Origin: Candidatus Latescibacterota bacterium
GTDB taxonomy: Bacteria > Latescibacterota > UBA2968 > GCA-2709665
Length of the DNA stretch: 64,000 nt
Assembly (NCBI GenBank): GCA_963662665.2
Contig: CAXXJS010000040.1
Location: 64,001 to 128,000, forward strand
Reading direction: 5' to 3'
Shown: positions 18,117 through 28,478 of the stretch, in pieces
Position numbering within the stretch: the stretch's first letter is position 1
Layout of the letters: each line of letters begins with the position of its first letter
Translations under genes and position numbers: made by a program
Notes under the pieces: model-generated
The model's input: only the letters and a program-made list of their open reading frames with translations
The model's database searches: none
Told to the model about the DNA's origin: nothing

Positions 18117-18782
18117 TCACTCACCTGCGCCGAAGTCTCCGGCGAAACCGATAAAGTCCTGAAAGTCTACGGTTCCATCTCCGTTCAGGTCGAATATCGG
18201 ATTGAATTCTGCTTCTCCCCGGGTGCTGCCGAATGCCGCAGCGAAGCTTGAGAAGTCCGCAAAATCGACTTTCCCGTCTGCGTTGAAGTCGGACCGGATT
18301 CGCGATTGCACCGGAACGCTGCTGAAGATTCCAGGGTTACTGAGGGACAGCAACCGGCCCGGCGCCGGGTCGCCGGGCTGCCATGAACCCACAGGATCCC
18401 CGAGTTCCATTCCATTCGTGAATCCGTCCCTGTCCGAGTCGAGCTGCGCCAGGCTGGGGCCCCACGTCACGTTTCCGGAATAACCGGCCTGGGACAGGAA
18501 CCCTCTCTTTACGGTAACGCCGAAGGAATTCAGCGGTCCGCCGCCGCTTGTGTACGTGTGGCAACTCGCGCAGATCCCGTCGCCCTCGTTTATGGCTTCA
18601 TGCGTGGTCTCGGAAAGCGGAATATCCAACCTGGTGGTTGTTCTGCCCCGGTCGACGTGGCATGTGCGGCAGCGGGCCGCGCCGGCGTTTGGGACCTGAA
18701 ACACCCGTTTGGGCCGCGCCTCGGCGCCCCAGCGGACCAGAATTACGACGAGAAGAATGGCAGATGCGATCCGGGAGTTCAT
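18117..18782 (-). CDS. Secreted c-type cytochrome-like protein (2 CxxCH) with temptin-like and dockerin/EF-hand-like domains
   Basis: CRTCH and CASCH motifs; GGGPLNSFG...DSDRDGFTNGMELGDP; C-terminal DFNADGKVDFADF / DLNGDGTVDFQDF pair. Confidence 0.72.
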   Translation of the reverse strand: MNSRIASAILLVVILVRWGAEARPKRVFQVPNAGAARCRTCHVDRGRTTTRLDIPLSETTHEAINEGDGICASCHTYTSGGGPLNSFGVTVKRGFLSQAGYSGNVTWGPSLAQLDSDRDGFTNGMELGDPVGSWQPGDPAPGRLLSLSNPGIFSSVPVQSRIRSDFNADGKVDFADFSSFAAAFGSTRGEAEFNPIFDLNGDGTVDFQDFIGFAGDFGAGE

Positions 18783-19520
18783 TTAACGTATGAAGTACTT
18801 GATTCCGACCATCAGGTTGAAACTGAAAATCGGAAACGTCTTCTTCAGGTCCCAGTCTTCGTAGGGCCTCAATTCGCCCATCGATACGTTCCACCGGACC
18901 CTGAAGTCCACCAGAAATTGATCGGACGTCCGGCGGTAGAAACCCAGCCCCGTGTTGATGGACAGCGCCATGTCCTCGTCCACCGTGGTTTCCACCATGC
19001 CCTGGGAATCCGTCCTGATCTGTTCGCCCACCTGCCCCGGCCAGATCAGACCCGAAACCTCGTGTGTATACTTGAGAAAGCCGATACCGGCCGCGACGTA
19101 GGGAACGCTCTGCCCGGCCTCGTCGGGCTTGAACGTGCGCAAACCGTTGACCACGATGCCTCCGATCCACATACTGGCCTCGGCGCCCGGGCTTTTTACC
19201 GAGGAACCGTTTGCCGCGCCCAGGCCGTTGTGCCAGGTGAACGACCGGTCGGACAATCCGGCGTCGGCAAGTGGCGAGTACGTCACTTCGACTTCCGTCA
19301 TCGTTCTGTCGGACACCTGATACGTCAACTGCCCTACGAACGCCGGCGAGATATTGTACCAACCCTTGAGCGGCCCCGCCGGCCGCAACATGGATCCGTG
19401 GACGCCAAGCGCATAGCGCATCTCCTGTGCGTACGGTGCGGACGTGATGCCGAGTCCGAACAGAATAAACGCGCCCAGGACCGGGACGAGCGCCAATCTG
19501 AGAATGCCCGTTTCTCTCAT
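18783..19520 (-). CDS. Outer-membrane beta-barrel protein (OmpA-like barrel)
   Basis: Signal peptide, alternating strands, VPYVAAGIG motif, C-terminal MVGIKYF. Confidence 0.7.
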   Translation of the reverse strand: MRETGILRLALVPVLGAFILFGLGITSAPYAQEMRYALGVHGSMLRPAGPLKGWYNISPAFVGQLTYQVSDRTMTEVEVTYSPLADAGLSDRSFTWHNGLGAANGSSVKSPGAEASMWIGGIVVNGLRTFKPDEAGQSVPYVAAGIGFLKYTHEVSGLIWPGQVGEQIRTDSQGMVETTVDEDMALSINTGLGFYRRTSDQFLVDFRVRWNVSMGELRPYEDWDLKKTFPIFSFNLMVGIKYFIR

Positions 19521-19939
19521 AACTTCGGACCTCCTTTACGAACTGCGGCCGTGTTTGACCCGTATGACTGAACTCATAAGGAAGGATTCCAATGTTGATA
19601 AGTCGCCTCAGGAATCCGTGGTCGGCCATCCATGATTCGGACCACCAATACTCAATATAAGTCTCGTTTCGAAAAAAACAAAAAGAAAATTGACTACCTT
19701 TTATTAGTCGGATTTCAGTGGCATGAAATGCGTCTCCGCCTCACGCGGCCATTTGCGTCGCACGCCCGGAAACCTCGCCAGCCGGACATTTTTTGTTTGT
19801 TACGTCCTGGCGTCCGGAAGTATCTTTCGCAAGGGTCCGGTGTCCTGTCCCGGGAAATATCCAACCATCCGGCAGCCCGTTGCCAGGACAGCACACTCGG
19901 CAAGCCCGGAGGTTTGAAACGCAGGAAAGGACGGATCTG

Positions 19940-21667
19940 ATGAAGCGTCCCGAGGCGTACGTCCGGAAAACGCTTCTATTCATTACGGCGTTCTGCGCTG
20001 CTGCACTGTGCTTCGACTTGAACGTTGAGGCAACGGGAATGCCGCCGGCCGCACGGAAGGCGCTCGAGGCCGGATTGGCGCATGCCGGCGCCGGCCGGCT
20101 GGGAGAAGCTTCGCGGGAATTGGCCCGCGCGGCGGAATTGGCGCCGGAATGGGCGGAGATCTGGCACAACTTCGGCATCCTGAGCGCTCAGATGGGCAGA
20201 CTGGAGAGCGCTTCGGAAATGCTGGAACGCGCCGCCGGCCTTGAACCGGATTACCGGCACACGCACGTTGTCCTGGGAGCCGTCTACCAGCGAATGGGCC
20301 GACTGGCGAAGGCCGAGCGCGCATATCTGCGCGCGGCCCACCTGGCGCCCGACCTGCCGGACGCCCACCGCGCCCTGGGACTCCTCGCAGTTGCACGTAA
20401 CGACCTCGCCGCCGCGGCGGCGGCGTTCCGGCGCGCGGTGGAACTGGCGCCCGGCAGCGCGGAACTTCGGTACAGGCTGGGCGCGGTCGAGTTGAAGAGA
20501 GGCAACGGGACGGAAGGGGAGGCCGCCCTGAAACGCGCGGTGGCCCTGAAACCAGACCTTCTGCCTGCCTGGCTGGAACTGGCGGCCCACTACAAGCGCC
20601 GTCGTCACCTGAACAGGGCGCTTGAAACCTACCGACTCGCCGTGTCCCTGGACCCCGGTTCGTCGACCGCTTGGCAGGGGCTGGGAGACGTTGAAGCCGC
20701 TACGGACAACCCGTCCGCGGCCGCCGACGCCTTCCGCAGGGCCGAGGAGGCGGACGCCTCGAACGTAGACGCGCCGTTTCTGCTGGGCCGGGCGCTACTC
20801 CTGCTCGGACGTGCGAAAGAGGCCGTCCCCGCGTTTCACCGGGCCATCCGGCTGGCGCCCGACTTTGCGGACGCGCGGTCGGCGCTTGCGGAGGCATACG
20901 CCGTTCTCGGGGAGGATCTGAAAGCCGTAGATTCGTACCGTGAGGCCGTCCGGTACGCGCCCGCGCATACAGGCGCCCATTTCGGCATTGGCGACGTTCT
21001 GCTGAGGCTGGGCCGCCTGCCGGAAGCCGAAGCGGCATTCCGGCGTGCAATCGCGCTGGATGCGGAGCATGCCCGGGCACGCTACGGCCTGGGACGCGCC
21101 TGCATCCTTCAGGGACGTACGGAAGAAGGAAGACGGGAACTGGAGGAATTCGAGCGGCTGTCCAGAGAAGGGCACAGGCTGGATGTTCTGGAGCGGGCCG
21201 TACTCCGTCGCCCCGAAGACCCCGAATTACACGATCGCATCGGGCGGATCTACGCTTCCCGGGGCCGTATCAGAGAGGCCGCCGCCGCGTTCGGCCGGGC
21301 CGCGGCGCGGGACAGTACGTTTACGGGGGCGCACGTCCGGCTGGCCGCGGCGGCAGCGGAAGCCGGCGACCTGGATACCGCCGAGCGGGCGCTGAAACGG
21401 GCAATACGGCTCTCCCCGTCGCCGGGCCACTTTCTGGCCCTGGGCGCACTCTACGAGCGCCGGCGGCGGTGGCGGGAGGCTGCGGCCGCGTTCGAGGAGG
21501 CGATTCGACGGGACGCGCACATTCTTGCGGCCCACAGGTCGCTGGCCGCGCTCTACAAGCGGTCGGGGCGCATCGATGAGGCCCGGCAGGCGCTGCGGCG
21601 CGTCCTGGCGCTCGATCCGTCGGATGGAGACGCCGCCGCGGACCTCTCGCGACTTGAAAAAGACTGA
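19940..21667 (+). CDS. Tetratricopeptide repeat protein
   Basis: Many 34-aa A..LG..A...F.RA..L.P repeats after a signal peptide; start ATG 19940 behind AGGAAAGG. Confidence 0.88.
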   Translation: MKRPEAYVRKTLLFITAFCAAALCFDLNVEATGMPPAARKALEAGLAHAGAGRLGEASRELARAAELAPEWAEIWHNFGILSAQMGRLESASEMLERAAGLEPDYRHTHVVLGAVYQRMGRLAKAERAYLRAAHLAPDLPDAHRALGLLAVARNDLAAAAAAFRRAVELAPGSAELRYRLGAVELKRGNGTEGEAALKRAVALKPDLLPAWLELAAHYKRRRHLNRALETYRLAVSLDPGSSTAWQGLGDVEAATDNPSAAADAFRRAEEADASNVDAPFLLGRALLLLGRAKEAVPAFHRAIRLAPDFADARSALAEAYAVLGEDLKAVDSYREAVRYAPAHTGAHFGIGDVLLRLGRLPEAEAAFRRAIALDAEHARARYGLGRACILQGRTEEGRRELEEFERLSREGHRLDVLERAVLRRPEDPELHDRIGRIYASRGRIREAAAAFGRAAARDSTFTGAHVRLAAAAAEAGDLDTAERALKRAIRLSPSPGHFLALGALYERRRRWREAAAAFEEAIRRDAHILAAHRSLAALYKRSGRIDEARQALRRVLALDPSDGDAAADLSRLEKD

Positions 21668-21686
21668 ACGGCTCCGCCGGACGAGG

Positions 21687-21715
21687 CCGGCGCCCGATTC
21701 CGGAATCGACGCCGG
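21687..21715. terminator. Hairpin between convergent genes (possible bidirectional terminator)
   Basis: CCGGCG-cc-CGATTCCGGAATCG-a-CGCCGG inverted repeat between stops at 21667 and 21716; no U-tract. Confidence 0.35.
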
Positions 21716-22993
21716 TCATCCCTCGGGCGGCGTGAGCCGGCCGTAGAAGACCTCGTTGCTGTTTTGTTGGGACGGCCCCGTCCAGTAACAGTCCACAAAT
21801 GGCTCATGGGTTCCGCCCGCACGCGTAGTGTTCGTAAAAAAGTGCCACAGCCTCGACGGCATTTCCAGCCGTACGGGTTCGCTGATCCGGTCCCACCGGC
21901 CGGCTTCGCCGGCCGCGTACCACACGCCCTCCGCGTTGCCCCGCCCTCCTCGGGTGAGGAAATAGTGAAACCGCCCGTCCGGGTCCTGGTAGACCCGGCC
22001 GCCATTGAAATTGCCAATGCGGAAGTGACTGAACGGCCCGCCAGGATCCCCCACCGCGTGAAAGAGAAAGCTGTTTCCCGGATCCTGGCCCCTCCCCGCC
22101 CATACAGTCGTGGCGGGCTGCCGGTTTTCGTAGTACGTCAGGTGTACCCGCCCCTGCATATCCATCATCAGGTCCTGATGATCGGTCGTCCCTCTGGCCC
22201 TCCCGTCGAACGTATCCGACACATCGCTGATCACCGTCATTCGCCAGTCATCCGGGGTTTTGAACACGTCCGGGCAGTAGTAATAGTAAGCCTTCAGAAC
22301 GGGGTAGATGCCGCGGGGTGTCTCTACGGAACTGATGGCGCCGGTCTCCGGGTCCCTCAGCTTCACCGTCTGGTTGGGATACTGCCCGCCCTCCACAAAA
22401 TAGTCGTCGCTGGAAATCGCATGCGCCTCGGAGCCGTTGAGGACCACGAAGTTGTAGCCGCGGTTCTGCTCGTGCTTCACGCTACCGGAGGCCATTGGGC
22501 GATAGCCGTTCTCCGGGTCCAGCACGTACCACGACATGGTTGGCAGCCCGCCGGCAACGAAGATCCGGCCCGAGGCGTCGATTGACGCGCCGAAACGGCT
22601 GTCGGCCGTGGCGTATTCCTGAATTGTGAATCTTTCAACCTGGCCGGGGGGGTCGAAGATGGCGTGGTAACTCGCGTTTGCGCCCGCAATCACGTGCAAC
22701 CGTCCCGTGCCGTCCACGATCAGGTTGCCGTTCTGCGGCACGGGAGGCATCGGAGGGCTGGCCTCCCACCGCCCGTCGCCCTCGCGCCTGAACACCACCA
22801 GCGACATATCGTCCCTCCAGCTGAGCGCATAGACGTCGTCGCCCGCGCGGACGATGTTGGACTGGTTGTATCCCCAGCAGCTCGCGCCGCTGCCGCCTGT
22901 CTGCAAATACCCCGCCGTGTCCGTAATCATCTCCACGTGGAAACACGGCGCTTCCCGCGGTCCGTAAGTCACGTGGACCCGTTCCTGTTTCAT
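21716..22993 (-). CDS. Hypothetical protein, probable beta-propeller (BNR/sialidase-like fold)
   Basis: ATG 22993 overlaps TGA of the upstream ATPase; repeated D..GR.H/F blade motifs (DGTGRLHV, DASGRIFV, DMQGRVHL, DPDGRFHY). Confidence 0.6.
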   Translation of the reverse strand: MKQERVHVTYGPREAPCFHVEMITDTAGYLQTGGSGASCWGYNQSNIVRAGDDVYALSWRDDMSLVVFRREGDGRWEASPPMPPVPQNGNLIVDGTGRLHVIAGANASYHAIFDPPGQVERFTIQEYATADSRFGASIDASGRIFVAGGLPTMSWYVLDPENGYRPMASGSVKHEQNRGYNFVVLNGSEAHAISSDDYFVEGGQYPNQTVKLRDPETGAISSVETPRGIYPVLKAYYYYCPDVFKTPDDWRMTVISDVSDTFDGRARGTTDHQDLMMDMQGRVHLTYYENRQPATTVWAGRGQDPGNSFLFHAVGDPGGPFSHFRIGNFNGGRVYQDPDGRFHYFLTRGGRGNAEGVWYAAGEAGRWDRISEPVRLEMPSRLWHFFTNTTRAGGTHEPFVDCYWTGPSQQNSNEVFYGRLTPPEG

Positions 22994-23949
22994 CCGGTTC
23001 CTCCTTCCGTAAGAAAACACGCGACGCGATGTCCGGGCTCGATCTGCTTGAGTTCAGGCGACTCCTCGCTGCACCGGTCGATGCGGTAAGGGCATCGCGG
23101 ATGAAACGCACAACCCGTCGGTGGATCCATGGGACTGGGTACCTCCCCCTCAAGGATAATCCGCTTCGTTGGCGCCTCCGGATCCAGCCTGGGCGCCGAC
23201 GCCAGCAGAATCTGCGTGTACGGATGCCGCGGCGATCCATACAGCGCTTCTGTCGGCCCTGTCTCCACCAACCGCCCCAGGTACATCACGCCCACCACGT
23301 CCGACAGGTGTTCCACGACTCTCAGATCGTGCGAAATGAACAGGTACGCCAGGCCGAAGCGGTCCTGCAGAGATTCCAGAAGGTTCAGAATCTGGGCCTG
23401 GATGGAAAGATCCAGTGAGGAAACCGGCTCGTCGCATATCACGAAACCCGGTTTCAACGCCAGCGCCCGGGCGATCGCAACGCGCTGCTGCTGCCCGCCG
23501 GAGAACTCGTGCGGAAACGTGTCCGCCAATCGCCGCCCCACGCCAACCAGGTCAAGCAGCCGGCCAACCTCGTCCTCCCGTTCCCGCTTTGTGCCCACCC
23601 CGTGGATCTTCAGTGCGTCCCCCACGATGGCGCCCACGCTCATCATCGGGTTCAGGGACGCCAGCGGGTCCTGAAAGACAATCTGCATCTGCCGCCGCAG
23701 CGCACGCAGTTCCCTGCCGGAGAGCGAGCGCACGTCCCGGCCTTCGAAATAAACACGTCCCGCGGTGGGCTCGTACAGCCGGAGGACCGCGCGGGCAAGG
23801 GTCGACTTGCCGCTGCCGCTTTCCCCGACCAGGCCGAAGGTCTGGTTCCGGTGGATCCGGAACGTCACCCCGTCCACCGCCTTCACCACGTCCCGGCCCT
23901 GGTAGAAATACATCTTCAGGTCCACAACCCGCAACAACGGTTCCGACAT
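22990..23949 (-). CDS. oppF: Oligopeptide/dipeptide ABC transporter ATP-binding protein (OppF-like)
   Basis: GESGSGKST, FSGGQQQR, ICDEP, HPYT, GCAFHPRC; start MSEPLL at 23949. Confidence 0.92.
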   Translation of the reverse strand: MSEPLLRVVDLKMYFYQGRDVVKAVDGVTFRIHRNQTFGLVGESGSGKSTLARAVLRLYEPTAGRVYFEGRDVRSLSGRELRALRRQMQIVFQDPLASLNPMMSVGAIVGDALKIHGVGTKREREDEVGRLLDLVGVGRRLADTFPHEFSGGQQQRVAIARALALKPGFVICDEPVSSLDLSIQAQILNLLESLQDRFGLAYLFISHDLRVVEHLSDVVGVMYLGRLVETGPTEALYGSPRHPYTQILLASAPRLDPEAPTKRIILEGEVPSPMDPPTGCAFHPRCPYRIDRCSEESPELKQIEPGHRVACFLTEGGTG

Positions 23950-24203
23950 AGCCCCGCCCGTGAATGCATCGTCGTTCCGGTATGGAGATCGGGAATAGGT
24001 ATTGAAACCCAAATAGACGCGACGTATATTGGACTTGCAGCCTCGTGCGTTCTGATTTGTTCCCGGCATCCCCCGCACGACGTCGAAAAGTAGGCCCGGG
24101 TACCCCGGGACGCAAGCACAATCAGGGCCTCCGAACCCTGCGGACACACCGGGAGCGACGCGACCGCGTACACACAGCGGATCGATACTGAAAGGATCGT
24201 CTC

Positions 24204-26531
24204 ATGGCCGTAGACATCACGCTGGCGAACGAAATCCGGGTACCGCGCCGTGGAGAGTGGCTGTGCAGGGGACTGCCGTTCGCGGAGGGATCTTTGACGG
24301 ATTCCGCGAGGCTGACCCTGAAAGACGAGACCGGCCAGGTCCTGCCTCTCGCTTCGGAAGCATTGGCCCGATGGCCGGACGGGTCCCTGAAGTGGGTGCT
24401 GCTTCAGTTTCCGGTACACTTCGACCGCAATGGTCGGAAGCATTATGCGCTGACGTGGGCGGAGGACTCGCGGGAACCCGATACCGGTCCCCGGATTACC
24501 ATTTCGGAGACCGAGGCGGGAATCGAGGTTGACAACGGCGTTCTGCGATTTGTACTTCCCGCTTCCGGAAAGGCGTTTCTGGTGGAGTGCAACAGGAGAG
24601 ACAGGGCGTGTATCCGGACGGTAAGCGCACAGATCGAAGACGAAGCGGGCGTTGCATTCTCGAGCCGGCTCGAGGGAGAACCCCGCATTGAGAGAAACAC
24701 CGGGAAGATGCTGGTTGTGAGCAGGAAGGGCACGCACCGTGACGAGGCCGGTCGGAAGCTGTTTTCACTCGTTTTCCGGGTTACGGTATTCGCCGGTGCG
24801 GAGGACCTGGAGGTGGAGTACCAGTTCATCCACGATGAGCCCTACCGGGAAGTTCCCGAACGGCTGAAACTGGCCCAGGGTATCGGTACGCCGAGCGTGG
24901 ACCTGGAAAGTCCACGCCTGCGACAGCTGCGGGCAGTGCGGCTTGTTGTGGAACACGCTATCGGCGACGCCGACGAATTCGCAACCTGTCCCATTGCCAC
25001 GGTTGGGAACCAGGGCCTGATCACGTCGGCCCGACCGATTCGGGGTCTGTTGACCGACGCCCCGCGTACGGCCATGTATGACGCCATGATCGACGCCGAC
25101 GTGGACGACGGCGAGACACAGATCGGCCGGTCGCACGGGTGGATTTCCGCGGGGGACGGCGAAGGCGGGGTCGCGGCCTCGGTCCGGAAGTTCGTCCAGC
25201 AGTGGCCCAAGGGGTTTTCCGCGGACGCCGGCAGAATCGTTCTGGACCTATGGCCCGAGGCGGCGGGGCCACTGGCGATTTTCCAGGGACAGGCCAAATC
25301 GCATCAGGTCAAGCTGCGGGCGTACACCGGCAAAGCCGCCCCGGCGCGGCTGGCGGACTGGCACTTCGCGTATCAGTTTCCCGTTGTCTTCTCGTCTCCG
25401 GACTGGTTTATCGACTCCGGCGCGGTCGGGCCCGTGTTCCGGTATCAGCCGGAAAAATACAGGGGAATCGAACAGAAGTTCCGCCTGGAATTCGAGCAAT
25501 TCCTGGGATACGACCGGCGGCTGGGGATGATGGACTACGGCGACTACGAGCAGCTGATGAGCGCATCCTGGGGACGCGCGGATTTCATGGCCAATTGTGA
25601 GCACGATTTCGGCCAGACCGTGTACCTCCAGCTTGTACGCACCGGCAATTACCTCTATCTCGACGCCTTCGAATCCGCGATCCGGCACGTGATGGACCTT
25701 GACGTCATCCACTTCGACGATCACTTCGACGAACAGGGCGGATGGACCTCCCATGGCGCCTTTCACGTGGGGGCGGACGGGAAGCCAAACTGCCACCTCT
25801 CTCACATGTGGGCGGAGGGATTTCTGTCGTACTACTATTATTGCGGGTATACTCCGGCGTTGGAATCCGCGCGCGGCGTGGCGGATCTGATCTGCAGGAA
25901 GGTGGCGGCGGGCGGCGGAAGGCGGGGGGCGCGGGACCGTGGATGGCCGTTGATCGCGCTGTGCAGCGTCTATCGGGCTACGGGGGAAAAGCGGTACGCG
26001 AAGGCCGCGAAGACGATTGCGGCTTCTTTTTCCGAGGGACCGGACCCGCTGGAACCCAACGGCGGCTGCAGCGGCGGCTGGGGCCCCATCCCCTACCAGC
26101 AGGCGGTGATGGGCAGCATTGCCGCAACCGGGCTGGCATACCACTACCAGACCTTCGGCAGTTCCCCCAGCAGGGATTCGTTCCTGAGGTTGTGCGACTT
26201 TCTGGCAAGCGAGGACGTTCGCACGCCGGAAGGGCTCTACCTGTCCATGCCGGGAAACGAGACGCCGATGAGCTACATCGGTTTTTCCGCCCTCCGGGAA
26301 AGTATCGGTTACGCGTGGGAAATCACCGGTGACGAGAAGTACGTGCACGCCGGTCTGCGGGACATCGAAATGAACATGATTTCCACCTTCCCGTCCGTAG
26401 GGCATTTCGACAAGACGAGATTCGGGTACGAGGTCGTCCGCGCGACAGGCGACTCCATCAGCGTCATCTGGCGCGACCTGCTTCGATTTTTCGACTACGC
26501 GGACCGGGCGGGGCTACTGCGCGACTTCTGA
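24204..26531 (+). CDS. YetA/PcRGLX-like exo-rhamnogalacturonan lyase family protein
   Basis: N-terminal GLPFAEG...LARWPDGSLKWVL, LGMMDYGD, RHVMDLD, HMWAEG..YYYY.G motifs recalled for this family. Confidence 0.7.
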   Translation: MAVDITLANEIRVPRRGEWLCRGLPFAEGSLTDSARLTLKDETGQVLPLASEALARWPDGSLKWVLLQFPVHFDRNGRKHYALTWAEDSREPDTGPRITISETEAGIEVDNGVLRFVLPASGKAFLVECNRRDRACIRTVSAQIEDEAGVAFSSRLEGEPRIERNTGKMLVVSRKGTHRDEAGRKLFSLVFRVTVFAGAEDLEVEYQFIHDEPYREVPERLKLAQGIGTPSVDLESPRLRQLRAVRLVVEHAIGDADEFATCPIATVGNQGLITSARPIRGLLTDAPRTAMYDAMIDADVDDGETQIGRSHGWISAGDGEGGVAASVRKFVQQWPKGFSADAGRIVLDLWPEAAGPLAIFQGQAKSHQVKLRAYTGKAAPARLADWHFAYQFPVVFSSPDWFIDSGAVGPVFRYQPEKYRGIEQKFRLEFEQFLGYDRRLGMMDYGDYEQLMSASWGRADFMANCEHDFGQTVYLQLVRTGNYLYLDAFESAIRHVMDLDVIHFDDHFDEQGGWTSHGAFHVGADGKPNCHLSHMWAEGFLSYYYYCGYTPALESARGVADLICRKVAAGGGRRGARDRGWPLIALCSVYRATGEKRYAKAAKTIAASFSEGPDPLEPNGGCSGGWGPIPYQQAVMGSIAATGLAYHYQTFGSSPSRDSFLRLCDFLASEDVRTPEGLYLSMPGNETPMSYIGFSALRESIGYAWEITGDEKYVHAGLRDIEMNMISTFPSVGHFDKTRFGYEVVRATGDSISVIWRDLLRFFDYADRAGLLRDF

Positions 26532-26548
26532 CCAACTCCGTTCCCCCT

Positions 26549-27520
26549 TTACGCGTCATGGTGCCAGCAACTGACGGAATGGTCGTCTGATATCCGGGTG
26601 ATTCCGGGGTCCTCTTCGCGGCACACGTCCGTCGCGCGGGGGCAGCGCGGGTGGAAGCGACAACCGGACGGCGGCCGGGTCATGTCAGGCGGTTGCCCGG
26701 GGATGGTATCCAGACGCCCCCGGACCATCTTCGCGTTTTCCAGCAGCCCGATGGAGTACGGGTGCCGAGGCGCATCCAGCAAGACGCGCGTTGGCGCAAT
26801 TTCCGCCACCCTTCCCGCGTACATGACGACGATCCGGTCGCTGAACTCCACGGCCAGACCGAAATCGTGCGTAATCAGCACGGTGGACATTCCGTAGGCC
26901 GACTTCATCCTGTTCATCAGATCCATGATCTGCGCCTGCGTCGTGACGTCCAGCGCCGTGGTGGGTTCGTCGGCGATCATCAGCTTCGGCTCGCAACTCA
27001 GCGCCATCGCGATCATTACCCGCTGCTTCATCCCTCCGGAGAGTTCGAACGGGTAGTTCCGGTAACGCGACGCCGGCGCCGGAATGCCCACCTCTTCCAG
27101 GAGCGAGACCGCGCGTTCGTACGATCGCTTCCGATCGGCGCGCCCGTGCCACTGAATCGGTTCGGCAATCTGCGGTCCGCTGCGCATCGTGGGATTGAGG
27201 GACGTCTGGGGGTTCTGGAAAATGAACCCAATGTCGTTTCCGCGCACTTCCTGAAGCGCTTTCTCGCCCAGTTCAAGCAGGTTTCGCCCCTCGAAGAGCA
27301 CCCTCCCGGCTTCGATCCTGCCCCGCCCTCCAACGAGTTTTACAACCGACAGCATGCTCACGCTCTTGCCGCTGCCGCTCTCCCCCACAATACCCACGCT
27401 CTCCCGCCTGCGCACCGCGTAGGATATCCCGTCTACCGCCCGCACCACGCCGTCGCGGCGGTAGAAATAGGTCGTGAGATTCCGGATATCGAGGAGAATG
27501 GACAAGGGTACACCTCGCAC
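26549..27520 (-). CDS. oppD: Oligopeptide/dipeptide ABC transporter ATP-binding protein (OppD-like)
   Basis: GESGSGKSV, LSGGMKQRVMIA, IADEPTTALDVT, GCRFHPRC. Confidence 0.92.
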   Translation of the reverse strand: MRGVPLSILLDIRNLTTYFYRRDGVVRAVDGISYAVRRRESVGIVGESGSGKSVSMLSVVKLVGGRGRIEAGRVLFEGRNLLELGEKALQEVRGNDIGFIFQNPQTSLNPTMRSGPQIAEPIQWHGRADRKRSYERAVSLLEEVGIPAPASRYRNYPFELSGGMKQRVMIAMALSCEPKLMIADEPTTALDVTTQAQIMDLMNRMKSAYGMSTVLITHDFGLAVEFSDRIVVMYAGRVAEIAPTRVLLDAPRHPYSIGLLENAKMVRGRLDTIPGQPPDMTRPPSGCRFHPRCPRATDVCREEDPGITRISDDHSVSCWHHDA

Positions 27521-27532
27521 GGCCCGTCGGAC

Positions 27533-28432
27533 TTACTCCTTTGGATTGAACGCGTCGTTCAACCCGTCACCCATATAGGTAAAAGAGAGCAGCGCAACCG
27601 CAAACGTGGCGGCCGGCCACGTCAGCTGATAGGGAAATCCACGGAAATTCAGACTTCCCACCTGGATCAGGACCCCCCAGCTCGGCCGGGGAGGCATCAC
27701 GCCCAGCCCGAGAAGACTCAACGCCGACTCGGTCATCATCAGGCCGGGTACCATAAACGCGATCGCGACAATCAGCGGACCCAATGAATTCGGCAGGACG
27801 TAACGCCGGATCACGTATGGATGGGTTGCTCCCAGCGCCCGCGCCGACTCCACGTATTCAAGGTTTTTTATTGATAACACCTGCGCGCGCATCAACCTGG
27901 CGAACCCAACCCAGCTGGTTGCCGCGATGGCGATGAAAATCGTAACGATGCCTCTGCCGAGCACCGACACGAGGATGATGCTGAACAGAAACCCGGGGAA
28001 GGCATACATCACGTCCGTAAACCGCATCAACACGTTGTCCACAACACCGCCCGCGTACCCCGCGACCGCGCCGACCAGGCCACCGATCGCCACCGAAATC
28101 ACCGTGGCCCCGAACGCAACGGCCAGGGCCGTCTGAAGGCTGAAGATCAGGCGGCTGAAGATATCCCGTCCCACCTCGTCCGTCCCGGCGATATGCCGCC
28201 AGGACGGCGGCTGGTACGCGTTGTCCAGGTCGATCTGGTTATACCCGTACGGCGCGATGTAATCCGCCAGGGCTGCCGCCAGAACCATCGCAACCACAAA
28301 CCCCAGGCTCAGCACCGCCAGACGGTTCGACGCGAATCGCTGCCAGACGGCGCCCCAGTACGAAATCCGCGGCGCGGGCGACGACTCACCTGCATCGGAC
28401 ATCTGACTGCCGACCGAATTCAACGCAGCCAC
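27533..28432 (-). CDS. oppC: Oligopeptide ABC transporter permease (OppC-like)
   Basis: GTDEVGRDIFSR, EYVESARALGA (EAA loop), LSLLGLG..PP.PSWG; GTG start behind AGGAGGAG. Confidence 0.92.
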   Translation of the reverse strand: MAALNSVGSQMSDAGESSPAPRISYWGAVWQRFASNRLAVLSLGFVVAMVLAAALADYIAPYGYNQIDLDNAYQPPSWRHIAGTDEVGRDIFSRLIFSLQTALAVAFGATVISVAIGGLVGAVAGYAGGVVDNVLMRFTDVMYAFPGFLFSIILVSVLGRGIVTIFIAIAATSWVGFARLMRAQVLSIKNLEYVESARALGATHPYVIRRYVLPNSLGPLIVAIAFMVPGLMMTESALSLLGLGVMPPRPSWGVLIQVGSLNFRGFPYQLTWPAATFAVALLSFTYMGDGLNDAFNPKE

Positions 28433-28478
28433 GCGTTATCTCCTCCTGTATAATCATCCCTTGTTCTGCCGGTAATTC

